This document shows, piece after piece, positions 41,290-51,053 of a stretch of 64,000 bases of DNA. The stretch is taken from assembly GCA_965225945.1 (NCBI GenBank), contig CBDDBZ010000035.1, positions 32,001 to 96,000 of the forward strand, read 5' to 3'. Origin of the DNA: Alphaproteobacteria bacterium. Its GTDB lineage: Bacteria; Pseudomonadota; Alphaproteobacteria; GCA-2731375. A program made the position numbers and the translations under genes. The notes beneath the pieces are model-generated. The model was not told where the DNA came from and made no database searches. It saw only the letters and a list, made by a program, of their open reading frames with translations. How positions within the stretch are numbered: position 1 is the stretch's first letter; every line of letters starts with the position of its first letter.

Positions 41290-41868
41290 TCAGCGTGCCT
41301 CGGTCCAGCTCTCGGAGAAGGCCAGCGCGCAGGTCGCGAAGGGACGGCCCTCGCGCTCGCGCGGCCAGGGCTGGCCTGCCGCCTGGACGCCGTTTATCGC
41401 CAGCCGCGCCCCCATTGCCGGGATCAGCACGGTGCAGACGCCCCAGGCCCGGCCGGGCGGCGCCTCGGGCGCGGTGTGGATCAGCAGCGGATCGCCCAGA
41501 TCGTGCCAGGTGAGGGTTATGTCCTCCAGGTCGGTCGTCACCCGTTCGGTCCAGAAGTAGGCCGGATCGCCGGACTTGGTGAATTCGGCGTCGTGCACCT
41601 CAATTGTGCTGTCGGCCGTCTCCTGGGCGAGCATCCCCTGGATCGTGGTCTGCAGCCAGCGGGCCATGGCGATGTTGTCGGAATAGATCCGCCACTCGTC
41701 GTCGGTGAGTTCGCTCTTCAGGTAGAGGACGTGCCCGGGCCCGGCGGGCGAGAACAGGATCCGCCAGAAGCTGGCGTCGGTCGAATTCTCGGCGCCGTCG
41801 GTGGCGCTCAGGCGGATGAAGGGATTCTCGCCGGTCAGGACGACGCGGTTGGGGTCGGCCGTGCTCAT
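41290..41868 (-). CDS. Hypothetical protein
   Basis: 192-aa ORF with host-like codon usage and GGAGG RBS. Confidence 0.75.
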   Translation of the reverse strand: MSTADPNRVVLTGENPFIRLSATDGAENSTDASFWRILFSPAGPGHVLYLKSELTDDEWRIYSDNIAMARWLQTTIQGMLAQETADSTIEVHDAEFTKSGDPAYFWTERVTTDLEDITLTWHDLGDPLLIHTAPEAPPGRAWGVCTVLIPAMGARLAINGVQAAGQPWPREREGRPFATCALAFSESWTEAR

Positions 41869-42027
41869 GGTGGGATCCTCCGCATTGGCTCGCGCGCCAC
41901 AGTATAGACCGGCCGGCCCGGGCGCCCAGCGTTGTCCGACCCATTGTCCGGTCCGGCGGGCGATTCCGCACGAGCGGTTCGTGCATTAATATGCGGTACG
42001 GGTGACGGGGTGGCGAGGAGCGAAGCC

Positions 42028-43344
42028 ATGTTGACGGCGGCGGAGAACGCGTTTCTGACCCAAACCGGGGCGGAGACGGCGATGGGCCAATACTTCCGGC
42101 GCTTCTGGCAGCCAGCCGCCCTGGTCGAGGAGTTGGCGGCGCCGGACGGCCCGCCGCTCCGGGTGAAGCTGATGGGCGAGCGGCTGGTGGCCTTTCGCGA
42201 TAGTGTTGGCCGGGTCGGCTTGGTCGACGCCCGCTGCCCGCACCGGGGCGCCGATCTCTTCTGGGGCCGGAACGAGGACTGCGGCTTGCGCTGCGTCTAT
42301 CACGGCTGGAAGTTCGACGTCGCCGGCAAGGCGGTCGATCTGCCGAACGTGCTACCCGGCGCCCGCCACCACGATACGGTGAGGCTCCGGGCCTATCCGA
42401 CGCGGGAATACGGCGACATCGTTTGGGCCTATCTCGGGCCCCCGGCCGAATGCCTGTCGGGCGGACGCCTGCCGGAGGTGCCGGGGTTGGAGTTCGGCCG
42501 CATGACGCCGGCGCGCCGCCGCGTCTCCAAGCAATTGGTGGAGTGCAACTGGGCCCAGATCATGGAGGGCGGGCTCGACACCTCGCACTTTTCCTCCCTC
42601 CACATGCCAGCGCCGAACGTGCCGTCGGACGACAATCCCGACGCCCCGGCCGATGCCCGCCGTCTCGGCTGGATCCGCCGCGATTCCATGCCCAAATTCT
42701 CGCTGCTGGCGCATGAGGTCGGCTTCGTCGTCGGCGGTGCCCGAGCGGCCGATCCGGCGGAGACCTACTGGCGGATCACGCAATATTTGCTGCCGGCGCA
42801 CGGCACCGGGCCTTCGGCGATGCCGGGCGAGACCTATTACGGCTACACTTTGGCGCCGATCGACAACGAGGCCTGCTGGATGTTCACTTACGCCTGGAAC
42901 CCGGAGCGCGACATCGGAGCAGAGGAGCGGACCAAGATCGAGCGCGGTCACGGCATCGTGGCATCGGTCGACGAGAGTTATCGCCCGCTTGCCAACCGCG
43001 ACAACGATTTTCTGATCGATCGCGAGGCGCAGCGCCACCGGAGCTTCACCGGCGTACCGGGCCTCGCCGAACAGGACCTGATGATCCAGCAAAGCCAGGG
43101 CCGCATCGCCGACCGCGCGCGCGAGACCCTGACCGCGACGGATGGCGCCGTGGTCCGCTTCCGCCGCACGGTGATGTCGGCCGCCCGGGCGCTGGCGGAG
43201 AGCGGGGAAGAGCCGAGCGCGCCCTATTTGGCCGAGGCCTTCCGCACCCGACCCGGCAGTTGGGTCGCCGCCGAGGGCACCGATTTCGAGGCGGTGATGG
43301 TGGAGCGCTTCGGCGACCCCCTCGGCCGCGTCGCGGCGGAATGA
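42028..43344 (+). CDS. Rieske non-heme iron oxygenase (phthalate dioxygenase/LigXa-like)
   Basis: CPHRG...CVYHGW Rieske motif; EGGLDTSHFSSLH and QD iron ligands. Confidence 0.92.
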   Translation: MLTAAENAFLTQTGAETAMGQYFRRFWQPAALVEELAAPDGPPLRVKLMGERLVAFRDSVGRVGLVDARCPHRGADLFWGRNEDCGLRCVYHGWKFDVAGKAVDLPNVLPGARHHDTVRLRAYPTREYGDIVWAYLGPPAECLSGGRLPEVPGLEFGRMTPARRRVSKQLVECNWAQIMEGGLDTSHFSSLHMPAPNVPSDDNPDAPADARRLGWIRRDSMPKFSLLAHEVGFVVGGARAADPAETYWRITQYLLPAHGTGPSAMPGETYYGYTLAPIDNEACWMFTYAWNPERDIGAEERTKIERGHGIVASVDESYRPLANRDNDFLIDREAQRHRSFTGVPGLAEQDLMIQQSQGRIADRARETLTATDGAVVRFRRTVMSAARALAESGEEPSAPYLAEAFRTRPGSWVAAEGTDFEAVMVERFGDPLGRVAAE

Positions 43345-43349
43345 CGCCG

Positions 43350-43585
43350 CTGGGCATTGGGCTCGTCCGCCGCTGCGAGCCACCCGTGGGAGCCGTATTG
43401 CTGGGTGGATGGAAGGGAGAGCGGGGCGGCGCGCGGGGGCAACGGGTCGCGGAAGGCCAGCACGCGGTGGTCCTTGATGCCTGGTCGACCTCCGCCCAGG
43501 TCTCCGCGTCGATCGGCTCCGTCGCGTCGATGGCCACCACTTCCGCCAACAAGTCGTCTCCGAGCTCGCCTGCCTTGATTGCCCG
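43350..43585 (-). pseudogene. TauD-family dioxygenase N-terminal relic
   Basis: LAEVVAIDATEPIDAETWAEVDQA, a 1-nt shift, then KDHRVLAFRD. Confidence 0.5.
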
Positions 43586-43608
43586 CGCCGTCGCCTCATG
43601 ATCTCCAA

Positions 43609-44859
43609 CTATGGTCGCGCGACGCGGGGCGCGCGCGCAAGCAGGGCGATGACGGCACCGCCGAGCCCGAGTCCGCCGAGGCAGAGCAGCGACAAGGCAT
43701 AGTCGCCGGTCAGGTCGCGCAGCACGCCCGAAAGCAACGGCCCCGAGGCCTGGGCCAGCACCTGGATGGAGAGCGCGATGCCGCGGATGGCGCCGAAGCT
43801 GGCCCGGCCGAAGTAGTTCGCCCAGGCGAGCGGCAGCATGGTGATGAGGCCGGCGATACCGACACCGAAGAGCGCGGCGGAGAGGTAGGCCGAGCCCAGG
43901 CCGTCGATCTCGCGCATCGCCAGCGCGCTGAGCCCCAGCGCCAGGCCGGTCGCGACCAGCGCGAGGTTGAGCGGCAGACGCCTCGGCCAAAAGCCGTAGC
44001 CCAAGGCGACGAGCGCCGAGACGGCGGAAAAGGTGGCGACCACGCTCGCCGCGATGCTCGCGTCGAGCCCGCGCTCAATCAGGTGCGGTGCCTGGTGCAG
44101 GCTGACCCCCGCCTGCACCGGATAGACCGCCAAGGTGAAGAGGGCGAGCAGCCAGAAGGCTGGCGTTCGGAGCGCCTGGGCCCGGGTGAATGCGGGCTCC
44201 ACCACGGGCGCCCTGCCTTCGCCGGCGCGCCCGCTCTCCGGCGCCAGACCCAGATCCTCCGGCCGGCGGACCATCAGGAACCAGACCGGCGGCAGGCCGA
44301 CCAGCAGCACGGCGAAGCCGACGACCAGCCAACCGGTGCGCCAGCCGCCGCCCGAGATCGCCGCTTGCGCGATCAACGGCAGGGTGACCAGGCCCGCCAT
44401 CTGCGCCAGCGTCGCGATCGAGACGGCGCGCGCGCGACGGGCGACGAACCAGTTGGCGATGGCGCCGTGGATGGCGAGATCGAACGGCGCGGCGAAGTTC
44501 ATCCGCGCGAAGCAGAACAGCAGATAGAAGACGACCAGCGAGCCGGCCAGCGAGAGCAGCATCGTCGAGACCGCCGTCGCGAGCACGGCGAGGCACAGCA
44601 CCACCCTGGCGCCCTTGGCGTCGAGCCGGGGCCCGAGGAAGGGGGCGACCACGGCCGCCAGCACGCCGCCGAGCGAGACCGCGCCGGAGATCGCCGTCCG
44701 GGACCAGCCGAACTCGGCTGTCATCGGCTCGACGAAGATCGAGAGGGTGGCGACCGCCGGGGCCTGACGGGCGAAACCGGCGCAGCAGACCGTGGCGAGG
44801 ATCAGCCAGCCGTAGTGGAACGGCAGCCGGCGGGCGAGCCAGGACGCGAGGGGATGCAC
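43609..44859 (-). CDS. MFS transporter
   Basis: About 12 TM segments; YGW start, GPRLDAKGAR motif A, NYFGR. Confidence 0.88.
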   Translation of the reverse strand: MHPLASWLARRLPFHYGWLILATVCCAGFARQAPAVATLSIFVEPMTAEFGWSRTAISGAVSLGGVLAAVVAPFLGPRLDAKGARVVLCLAVLATAVSTMLLSLAGSLVVFYLLFCFARMNFAAPFDLAIHGAIANWFVARRARAVSIATLAQMAGLVTLPLIAQAAISGGGWRTGWLVVGFAVLLVGLPPVWFLMVRRPEDLGLAPESGRAGEGRAPVVEPAFTRAQALRTPAFWLLALFTLAVYPVQAGVSLHQAPHLIERGLDASIAASVVATFSAVSALVALGYGFWPRRLPLNLALVATGLALGLSALAMREIDGLGSAYLSAALFGVGIAGLITMLPLAWANYFGRASFGAIRGIALSIQVLAQASGPLLSGVLRDLTGDYALSLLCLGGLGLGGAVIALLARAPRVARP

Positions 44860-44899
44860 GGGCCGGCCGCCCGGCCGGGGACGCGCGGGCGGCCCCGGC

Positions 44900-45658
44900 T
44901 CAGAGACCGCCGGTGACGTCGATCGTGACGCCGGTGACGAAGTCCGCGTCCGAGGAGGCGAGGAAGCAGACGACGCGGGCCTGGTCGCTGGCTTCCGCCA
45001 AGCGGCGAAGCGGAATGCTCGCGATCTCGCCCGCCTGGTCCTCGGGGCTGCGCCGGTCCCATTGGGGGCGAATGCGCTCGGTCAGCGTGCGGCTGGGCGC
45101 GATGGCGTTGACGTTGATGCCGTGCGGGCCGAGCTCGAGTGAGAGCTTCTTGGTCAGCGCGATGATCCCGCCCTTGGCGGCGGCGTAGGCGGCGCTGGAG
45201 GTGGCACTGCGGCCGCGCCCGGCGATCGAGGCGATGTTGACGATTCTACCGCCGCCCTCCGCCTTCATCCCCGGCACCACGGCGTTGGTGAGGTTGAAGG
45301 TGCCGTCGAGGTTGAAGGCGACGATCCGCTGCCATTCCTCGGCCGTCAGCTCGTCGATGCCGGCGCCGGGGTTGGCGATGATGGTGCTGCCGCCGACGGC
45401 GTTCACCAGAATATCGATGTGGCCGTGCGCGGCCTCGGCCTCGGCCACGACGGTGCCCACCGCCTCGCCGTCGAGGGCGTCGACGTGGCGCGGCACCACC
45501 GCCTCGCCCAGCGCCGCCACCATGTCGTCGAGGCGGGCGGGATCGTTGTCGACGGCGATCACCCGGCCGCCCTCGGCCGCGATAATGTCGGCGCTGGCCC
45601 GCCCGATCCCGCTGCCCGCCGCGGTGATCAAGGCTATCTTGTCCTGGAAACGCGTCAT
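44900..45658 (-). CDS. Short-chain dehydrogenase/reductase
   Basis: TAAGSGIG, NIASIAG, YAAAK. Confidence 0.92.
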   Translation of the reverse strand: MTRFQDKIALITAAGSGIGRASADIIAAEGGRVIAVDNDPARLDDMVAALGEAVVPRHVDALDGEAVGTVVAEAEAAHGHIDILVNAVGGSTIIANPGAGIDELTAEEWQRIVAFNLDGTFNLTNAVVPGMKAEGGGRIVNIASIAGRGRSATSSAAYAAAKGGIIALTKKLSLELGPHGINVNAIAPSRTLTERIRPQWDRRSPEDQAGEIASIPLRRLAEASDQARVVCFLASSDADFVTGVTIDVTGGL

Positions 45659-45686
45659 GCTCGCCCCACCGTTATCCGTTGATTTC

Positions 45687-45823
45687 CTAGAGCAGCATCC
45701 GCCGGTTGGAATCGCTTTCAGCGATCCAACTGGCGGATAAAGCTGCTCTATCTACTTGAAGAATAGAGCAATATCCGAACGGATTGAACCGCACCGGTTC
45801 AATCCGTTCGGATATTGCTCTAG
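45687..45823. repeat. 137-bp double-hairpin MITE/RIME-like element
   Basis: Bounded by CTAG; imperfect hairpin 45688-45750 and perfect 28-bp-arm hairpin 45764-45822, both TAGAGCA...TGCTCTA. Confidence 0.85.
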
Positions 45824-45951
45824 GGCCCGATCTTGCCAGACCGCCCGGGCGCCGTCGATCCGGCCCCGCAGGCTTGCGACCCGGCGCTTGCGGCGGCGAG
45901 GGGGTTTCGAACAGACTGCCGACCCCTGTCCACGCTTCGGAGTTTCCGCCC

Positions 45952-47139
45952 ATGGCGCTCAGCGGCATTCGCGTGATCGACCTGACCCGGATTCTGGCCG
46001 GCCCCTTCTGCTCCATGCTGCTGGCCGACATGGGGGCCGACGTGATCAAGATCGAAGCCCCCGGCGCCGGCGATCCGGTCCGCCGACAAGGGGCTATCAA
46101 GCATGGGTTCAGTTGGTACTTCGCGCAGTTCAATCGCAACAAGCGCTCGCTGACACTGGACTTGCGCTCAGCAGCCGGCAAGGCGGTGCTGGCGGACCTG
46201 ATCGCGGGCGCCGACGTGCTGGTGGAGAACTACCGCCCCGGCGTGCTGGACGAGATGGGCTTCGATTCGGCGCGGCTCCAGGCCCTGAACCCCGACCTGG
46301 TGGCGACCAGCGTCAACGGCTTCGGCTCGAGCGGACCCTATCGCGACCGCCCCGCCTTCGATTTCATCGCCCAGGCGATGAGCGGCTTCATGTCGGTGAA
46401 CGGGCGCGAGGGCGAGGCGCCGATCCGCGCGGCACCGCCGCTGAGCGACCTGATCGCCGGGCTCTATGCCGCCTTCGGCACGGTCTCGGCGCTCCTGGCC
46501 CGGGGCCGCCTCGGCCAGGGCCAAGCCGGCCAGCGGGTCGAGGCGAGCCTCACCAACGGTCTCGTCTCCATGATGGCCTACCTCTCGGCCGAATGTCTGG
46601 CGACGGGCGAATTGCCGAAGCGGACCGGCAACGACCACCCGATCATGTCGCCCTACGGACTCTACCGCGCCGCCGACGGGGAGATCGCGGTCGCCGCCAG
46701 CCACGACGGCATCGTCCAGCGCTTCCTCGCGGCCCTCGGCCTCGAACACCTGCTGGAGCGGCCGGAGTTCGCGAACAACGATGTCCGCATGGCGAACCGC
46801 CGGGCGATCGACGCCCATATCGAGGCCCGGGTGGGCGAGGACACGGTCGAGGCCTGGATCGAGCGGCTGAACGCCGCCGGCGTTCCCTGCGGGCGGGTGC
46901 AGACCCTGAACGAGGTCTTCGCCGATCCCCAGATCCGGGCCCAGGAGATGGTGCTGGAGGTCGACCACCCGGGCCGGGGGCCGATCGCCATGACCGGCTT
47001 TCCGGTGAAGCTCGACGCCACCCCCTGCAAAATCCGCCGCCCGGCGCCTGAACTCGGCGGCCAGACGGAAGAGATCCTGGCCGAACTCGGCTACGATGCG
47101 GAACGGATCGGCGCGCTGCGCGCACGCGGTATCGCCTGA
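45952..47139 (+). CDS. Family III CoA-transferase (CaiB/BaiF)
   Basis: LAGPFC..LLADMGADVIKIE, NRNKRS, ENYRPG, AFDFIAQ. Confidence 0.93.
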   Translation: MALSGIRVIDLTRILAGPFCSMLLADMGADVIKIEAPGAGDPVRRQGAIKHGFSWYFAQFNRNKRSLTLDLRSAAGKAVLADLIAGADVLVENYRPGVLDEMGFDSARLQALNPDLVATSVNGFGSSGPYRDRPAFDFIAQAMSGFMSVNGREGEAPIRAAPPLSDLIAGLYAAFGTVSALLARGRLGQGQAGQRVEASLTNGLVSMMAYLSAECLATGELPKRTGNDHPIMSPYGLYRAADGEIAVAASHDGIVQRFLAALGLEHLLERPEFANNDVRMANRRAIDAHIEARVGEDTVEAWIERLNAAGVPCGRVQTLNEVFADPQIRAQEMVLEVDHPGRGPIAMTGFPVKLDATPCKIRRPAPELGGQTEEILAELGYDAERIGALRARGIA

Positions 47140-47163
47140 AGTGTCCGACCAGCGAGGCAACCC

Positions 47164-47796
47164 ATGACGATCACGATTCGCCTCTACACCGACTACAAGA
47201 GCCCCTACGCCTATCTGGTCAAGGATCTGGCCTACGCGCTCGAGGACGGGCGCGACGTCGCGCTCGACTGGCGGCCTTACACCCTCGACATCCCGGACAT
47301 TCTCGGCAGCGCCGAGGTCGACGGCGAGGGCAAGGTGGTCGCCGAGACGCGCACGGCGCACCAGTGGCGCCGCGTCAGATATTCCTACATGGACGCTAGG
47401 CGCCATGCCAATTTGCGCGGCCTCACCATTCGTGGCCCGCGGAAGATCTGGGATTCCTCGCTCGCGGCGATCGGCCTGCTCTGGGCCAAACCGGCCGGGC
47501 GCGAGGCGATGCGGCGCTATCACGACATCACCTTCGAACGTTTCTGGCGCCGCGAGCTCGACATCGAGGACATCGCCGTGGTCGAGGCGGTGCTGGCCGA
47601 GGCGGGGATCGAGGGCACCGGCTTCGCCGCGTGGGCCCGAGGCGAGGGCCGGGCGCACCACGTTGCCATCCGCGCCGAGGCGGAGGAGAGCGGCGTCTTC
47701 GGCGTGCCGAGCTTCGTCGTCGAGGGCGAATTGTTCTGGGGGCGCGAGCATCTGGCACTGATCGCCGATCGCCTCGACGCGCTCGGCGTCGGCTGA
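47164..47796 (+). CDS. DsbA-fold 2-hydroxychromene-2-carboxylate isomerase-like protein
   Basis: DYKSPYAYL, GVFGVPSF...FWGRE. Confidence 0.85.
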   Translation: MTITIRLYTDYKSPYAYLVKDLAYALEDGRDVALDWRPYTLDIPDILGSAEVDGEGKVVAETRTAHQWRRVRYSYMDARRHANLRGLTIRGPRKIWDSSLAAIGLLWAKPAGREAMRRYHDITFERFWRRELDIEDIAVVEAVLAEAGIEGTGFAAWARGEGRAHHVAIRAEAEESGVFGVPSFVVEGELFWGREHLALIADRLDALGVG

Positions 47797-47914
47797 AAAC
47801 CGCGCTTTCGCGGACCTCACGAGCCGGCACCGTCGCGGTATAACCGGCACTTGTTTGGCGAATGTCCGATCGGACCGGTGATCCGTGCGGATTGGGCGCG
47901 TGTCGACCGGCCCC

Positions 47915-49423
47915 TCACCGTCCCGGGCGTTTGAAAAGAAAGACCAGCGGGATCGCCGCCAAGGTAACGACGGCGAGGAAGACGAAATCGTTCAGGAAGG
48001 CGATGGTCAGCGCCTCCGAGGACACCAGGTTCCTGAGCGCCAAGAGACCCTGGGCACTATCGGTATCGAATATTGTCGCCTGACCGGCGCGGGCCAGGTT
48101 CTGGTTGAAGTCGTGCACATGGTCCCGCAGCACGATGTAGTTCACCTGCGCCGAGCGGACCATGATGGCGACGATCACCGAGGTTCCCATGCTGGCGCCG
48201 ATCGCGCGCACCAGCGAAAACAGCGCCGCCGCCTCGACCCGGAACGCCGGCGCCAGGGTCGAGAAGGTGACCGTGGTCAGCACGACCCACATCATGCCCA
48301 TGCCGAAGCCGTTGACGATGGTGATCCAGATCACCTCGGTCATGGAGACGTGCGCGGTCCAGCCGGTCATCCACAGGTTCGACAGGCCGACGCAGGCGAG
48401 GCTGGCCAGGATCAGATGCTTGGGCGGAACCCGGTCGGCGAGAAAACCGCTCGCCATCATCGCCACCATCGTGCCCACGCCCCGCGCCGAGATCACCCAG
48501 CCGGCCGACAGCACCGGATAGCCCTGCACGTTCTGCAGGAAGAGCGGCAGGACGAAGAGGCTGGAAAACACGGCGATGCCGAAGACGAAGATCAGCGAGA
48601 GGCCGATCACGAAGTTGCGGTCGCGGAACACCACCAGATTGAGGTAGGGCTCGCGCGCCGTCAGGCAGTGGACCACGAAGATGTGGAAGGCGATCGCCGC
48701 CACGCCGGCCTCGAGGATGATTTCCGGCGATTCGAACCAGTTCTCGCCCTGCCCCCGGTCGAGCATCAGTTGCAGCGAGCAGACCGCGACGATGAGCGCG
48801 ACGACCCCCAGCCAATCCAGCGAGCGGGGCGAGGGCGGTGGCCTCGGCAGGGTCAGGAAGACGGCGGCGAAGGCGACCAGGCCCAGCGGAATGTTGATCA
48901 CGAAGAGGTAGCGCCAGCCGTACCACTCGGTCAGCAGCGCGCCGAGCGTCGGCCCCAGAACCGGGCCCAGGATCATCCCCATCGACCAGATGCTCATGGC
49001 GAAGCCGTGGCTCGCGCGGGGATAGGTGTCGAGCATGACGGTCTGGCTGAGCGGCATCAGCGGCGCGCTGACCAAGCCCTGCAGCGCGCGGAACGCCACC
49101 AGCCATTCCAGGTTCGGGGCGCCGACGCAGAGCGCCGAGGTGACGGTGAAGCCCAGGATCGAGCCGAGGAAGACGAAGCGCCGGCCGAGCCGCTGGCTGA
49201 GCCAACCGGTCAGGATCGTTCCGACCGCCGTTGCCACCACGAAGGCGGTGATGATCCAGCCGATCTGGTCCGGCGTCGCCGAGAGATTACCCTGGATGGA
49301 GGGGAGCGCGACATAGGCCGTGCTCATGTTGATCGAGTGCAGCAGCGAGGCCAGCAACACGGGCACGGTGATGACGATGCGCTGGGCGCGGGTGAACGGA
49401 CCGGTGGCCGAAATCGTCTTCAT
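47915..49423 (-). CDS. DHA2 (EmrB-type) MFS efflux permease
   Basis: VALPSIQGNL, FRALQG, GPVLGPTLG, GWRYLFVINIP. Confidence 0.9.
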   Translation of the reverse strand: MKTISATGPFTRAQRIVITVPVLLASLLHSINMSTAYVALPSIQGNLSATPDQIGWIITAFVVATAVGTILTGWLSQRLGRRFVFLGSILGFTVTSALCVGAPNLEWLVAFRALQGLVSAPLMPLSQTVMLDTYPRASHGFAMSIWSMGMILGPVLGPTLGALLTEWYGWRYLFVINIPLGLVAFAAVFLTLPRPPPSPRSLDWLGVVALIVAVCSLQLMLDRGQGENWFESPEIILEAGVAAIAFHIFVVHCLTAREPYLNLVVFRDRNFVIGLSLIFVFGIAVFSSLFVLPLFLQNVQGYPVLSAGWVISARGVGTMVAMMASGFLADRVPPKHLILASLACVGLSNLWMTGWTAHVSMTEVIWITIVNGFGMGMMWVVLTTVTFSTLAPAFRVEAAALFSLVRAIGASMGTSVIVAIMVRSAQVNYIVLRDHVHDFNQNLARAGQATIFDTDSAQGLLALRNLVSSEALTIAFLNDFVFLAVVTLAAIPLVFLFKRPGR

Positions 49424-49594
49424 CTGTGCCGCCGGTCGGGCCTCCGCCTCCGAGTCGGATGATCCATAGCATCATCCGCGTGCCGCCGTTTCGCCCGCTC
49501 GGTGTCTGACCGCAAAGCCGCTATAAATGGCGACGATGGCGAAATCGAACGCCTCGCCGTGACCAATTCGGGCGCCTCGCGACGAAAGCGGCGG

Positions 49595-50800
49595 TCAGGC
49601 GAGCGGCTTGAACTGCTTGGAGAGTCGCAGGCCCTGGCGCTGGTAGTTGGAGCCGATTGCGGGACCGTAGATCTTGTCCGCCACCTCGGTCAGCCGTTCG
49701 TAGACCAGTCGCGCGACGATCTGGCCGTGTTCCAGCATGAAGGGGACCTCGCGGCTGCGGATCTCCAGCACCGCCCGAGCGCCCGAGCCGGAGGCGCCCG
49801 CGTGACCGAAGCCCGGATCGAAGAAACCCGCGTAATGCACCCGAAATTCCCCCACCAGGGGATTGAAGGGCAGCATCTCCGCCGCGTAATCCGGCGGCAC
49901 CGTCACCGCCTCGCGCGAGGCCAGGATGTAGAAAGCGTCCGGATCCAGGATCAGCCGCGAATCGCGCCCACGCGCGATCGGCTCCCAGAATTCCAGCGGC
50001 TCGTAATGGCCGACCGCGCGAAGGTCGATCAGGCCGGTGTGGCGGCGCGCCCGGTAGCCGATGACGGGAGCACCCTCGTCTCCCTCGAGGTCGATGCTGA
50101 CGGCGATGCCGTGGTCGATGTTGGCATTCTCGCCATGCCTGTCGTGCACCAGGGTCACCTGCTCCTGCAACCGCTCGAGATTGGTGTCGGAGGTTCGCGG
50201 GCTGCCGCGGCGCACCCGAAGCTGGCTCAGCGTGTCGCCCTCGCGCGCCAGAATCGAGAAGGTGCGCGGCGCGATCTCGGCGTAGAGCGGTCCGGCGTGA
50301 CCAGCCTCGATGCGGTCGAAGGCGTCCGCCCCGTCGACGATCAATCGGGTGAAGACGTCGAGCCGGCCGGAACTGCTCTTCGGGTTGGCGAAGCCGGTCA
50401 TGCGGTAGCCGAGGCGGAGATGCTCCAACAGCGGCACGATATAGACACAGCCCCGCTCCAGCACCGCGCCGGCGGCGAGGTCGATCTCGTGCATGCCCAG
50501 ATCGTCGATCATGTCGGGCACCCGGTTGCCCGGGCCCGGCAGGAAGCTCGCGCGGACGCGGAAGGCTGTGGGCCCGAGCCGGAGGTCGAGGCTCGCCGGT
50601 TGGATCTGGGCTTCCCCGATCTCGCTCTGGGCGGCGATCTCGCCGCTTCGGATCAGCTCGCGCAGATGCTGGGCCGGCAGAATGCCGGTCGAATGGCGTG
50701 CCTCGGGCACGCCTTCGTTGGCGCGCGCGGTGGGCGCCTCCTCGGGAAAGAGCCCGAACGAAGGCTCGCGCCGGATCGTTGAGGAGGTTGGAGGTGGCAT
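49595..50800 (-). CDS. dcd: dCTP deaminase family protein (alphaproteobacterial double-domain type)
   Basis: IQPASLDLRL, NPKSSSGRLD, HYAGFFDPGFG, YQRQGL; start approximate. Confidence 0.85.
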   Translation of the reverse strand: MPPPTSSTIRREPSFGLFPEEAPTARANEGVPEARHSTGILPAQHLRELIRSGEIAAQSEIGEAQIQPASLDLRLGPTAFRVRASFLPGPGNRVPDMIDDLGMHEIDLAAGAVLERGCVYIVPLLEHLRLGYRMTGFANPKSSSGRLDVFTRLIVDGADAFDRIEAGHAGPLYAEIAPRTFSILAREGDTLSQLRVRRGSPRTSDTNLERLQEQVTLVHDRHGENANIDHGIAVSIDLEGDEGAPVIGYRARRHTGLIDLRAVGHYEPLEFWEPIARGRDSRLILDPDAFYILASREAVTVPPDYAAEMLPFNPLVGEFRVHYAGFFDPGFGHAGASGSGARAVLEIRSREVPFMLEHGQIVARLVYERLTEVADKIYGPAIGSNYQRQGLRLSKQFKPLA

Positions 50801-51053
50801 CTGTTTCGCCTCGATAGATGGACCTTTCGAAGTTGCGAGTTTACGATGATTATCTTTTGATTTCAATGGCTTGTCCGATTTCATCCATCCCGATCCATGC
50901 ACAGGCGGGCGACGATGTCGCCTCCGGCATTATCCCTGCCCGATCATAGCGCTCGCCAAACGACACACCCAATCCCCGGGATTATCCCTCGTTCCTCCAC
51001 AGGGCGCGGCCGGCTATGCTCGCGAGGACCACCAACCACCGGGAGCTTGCGGT

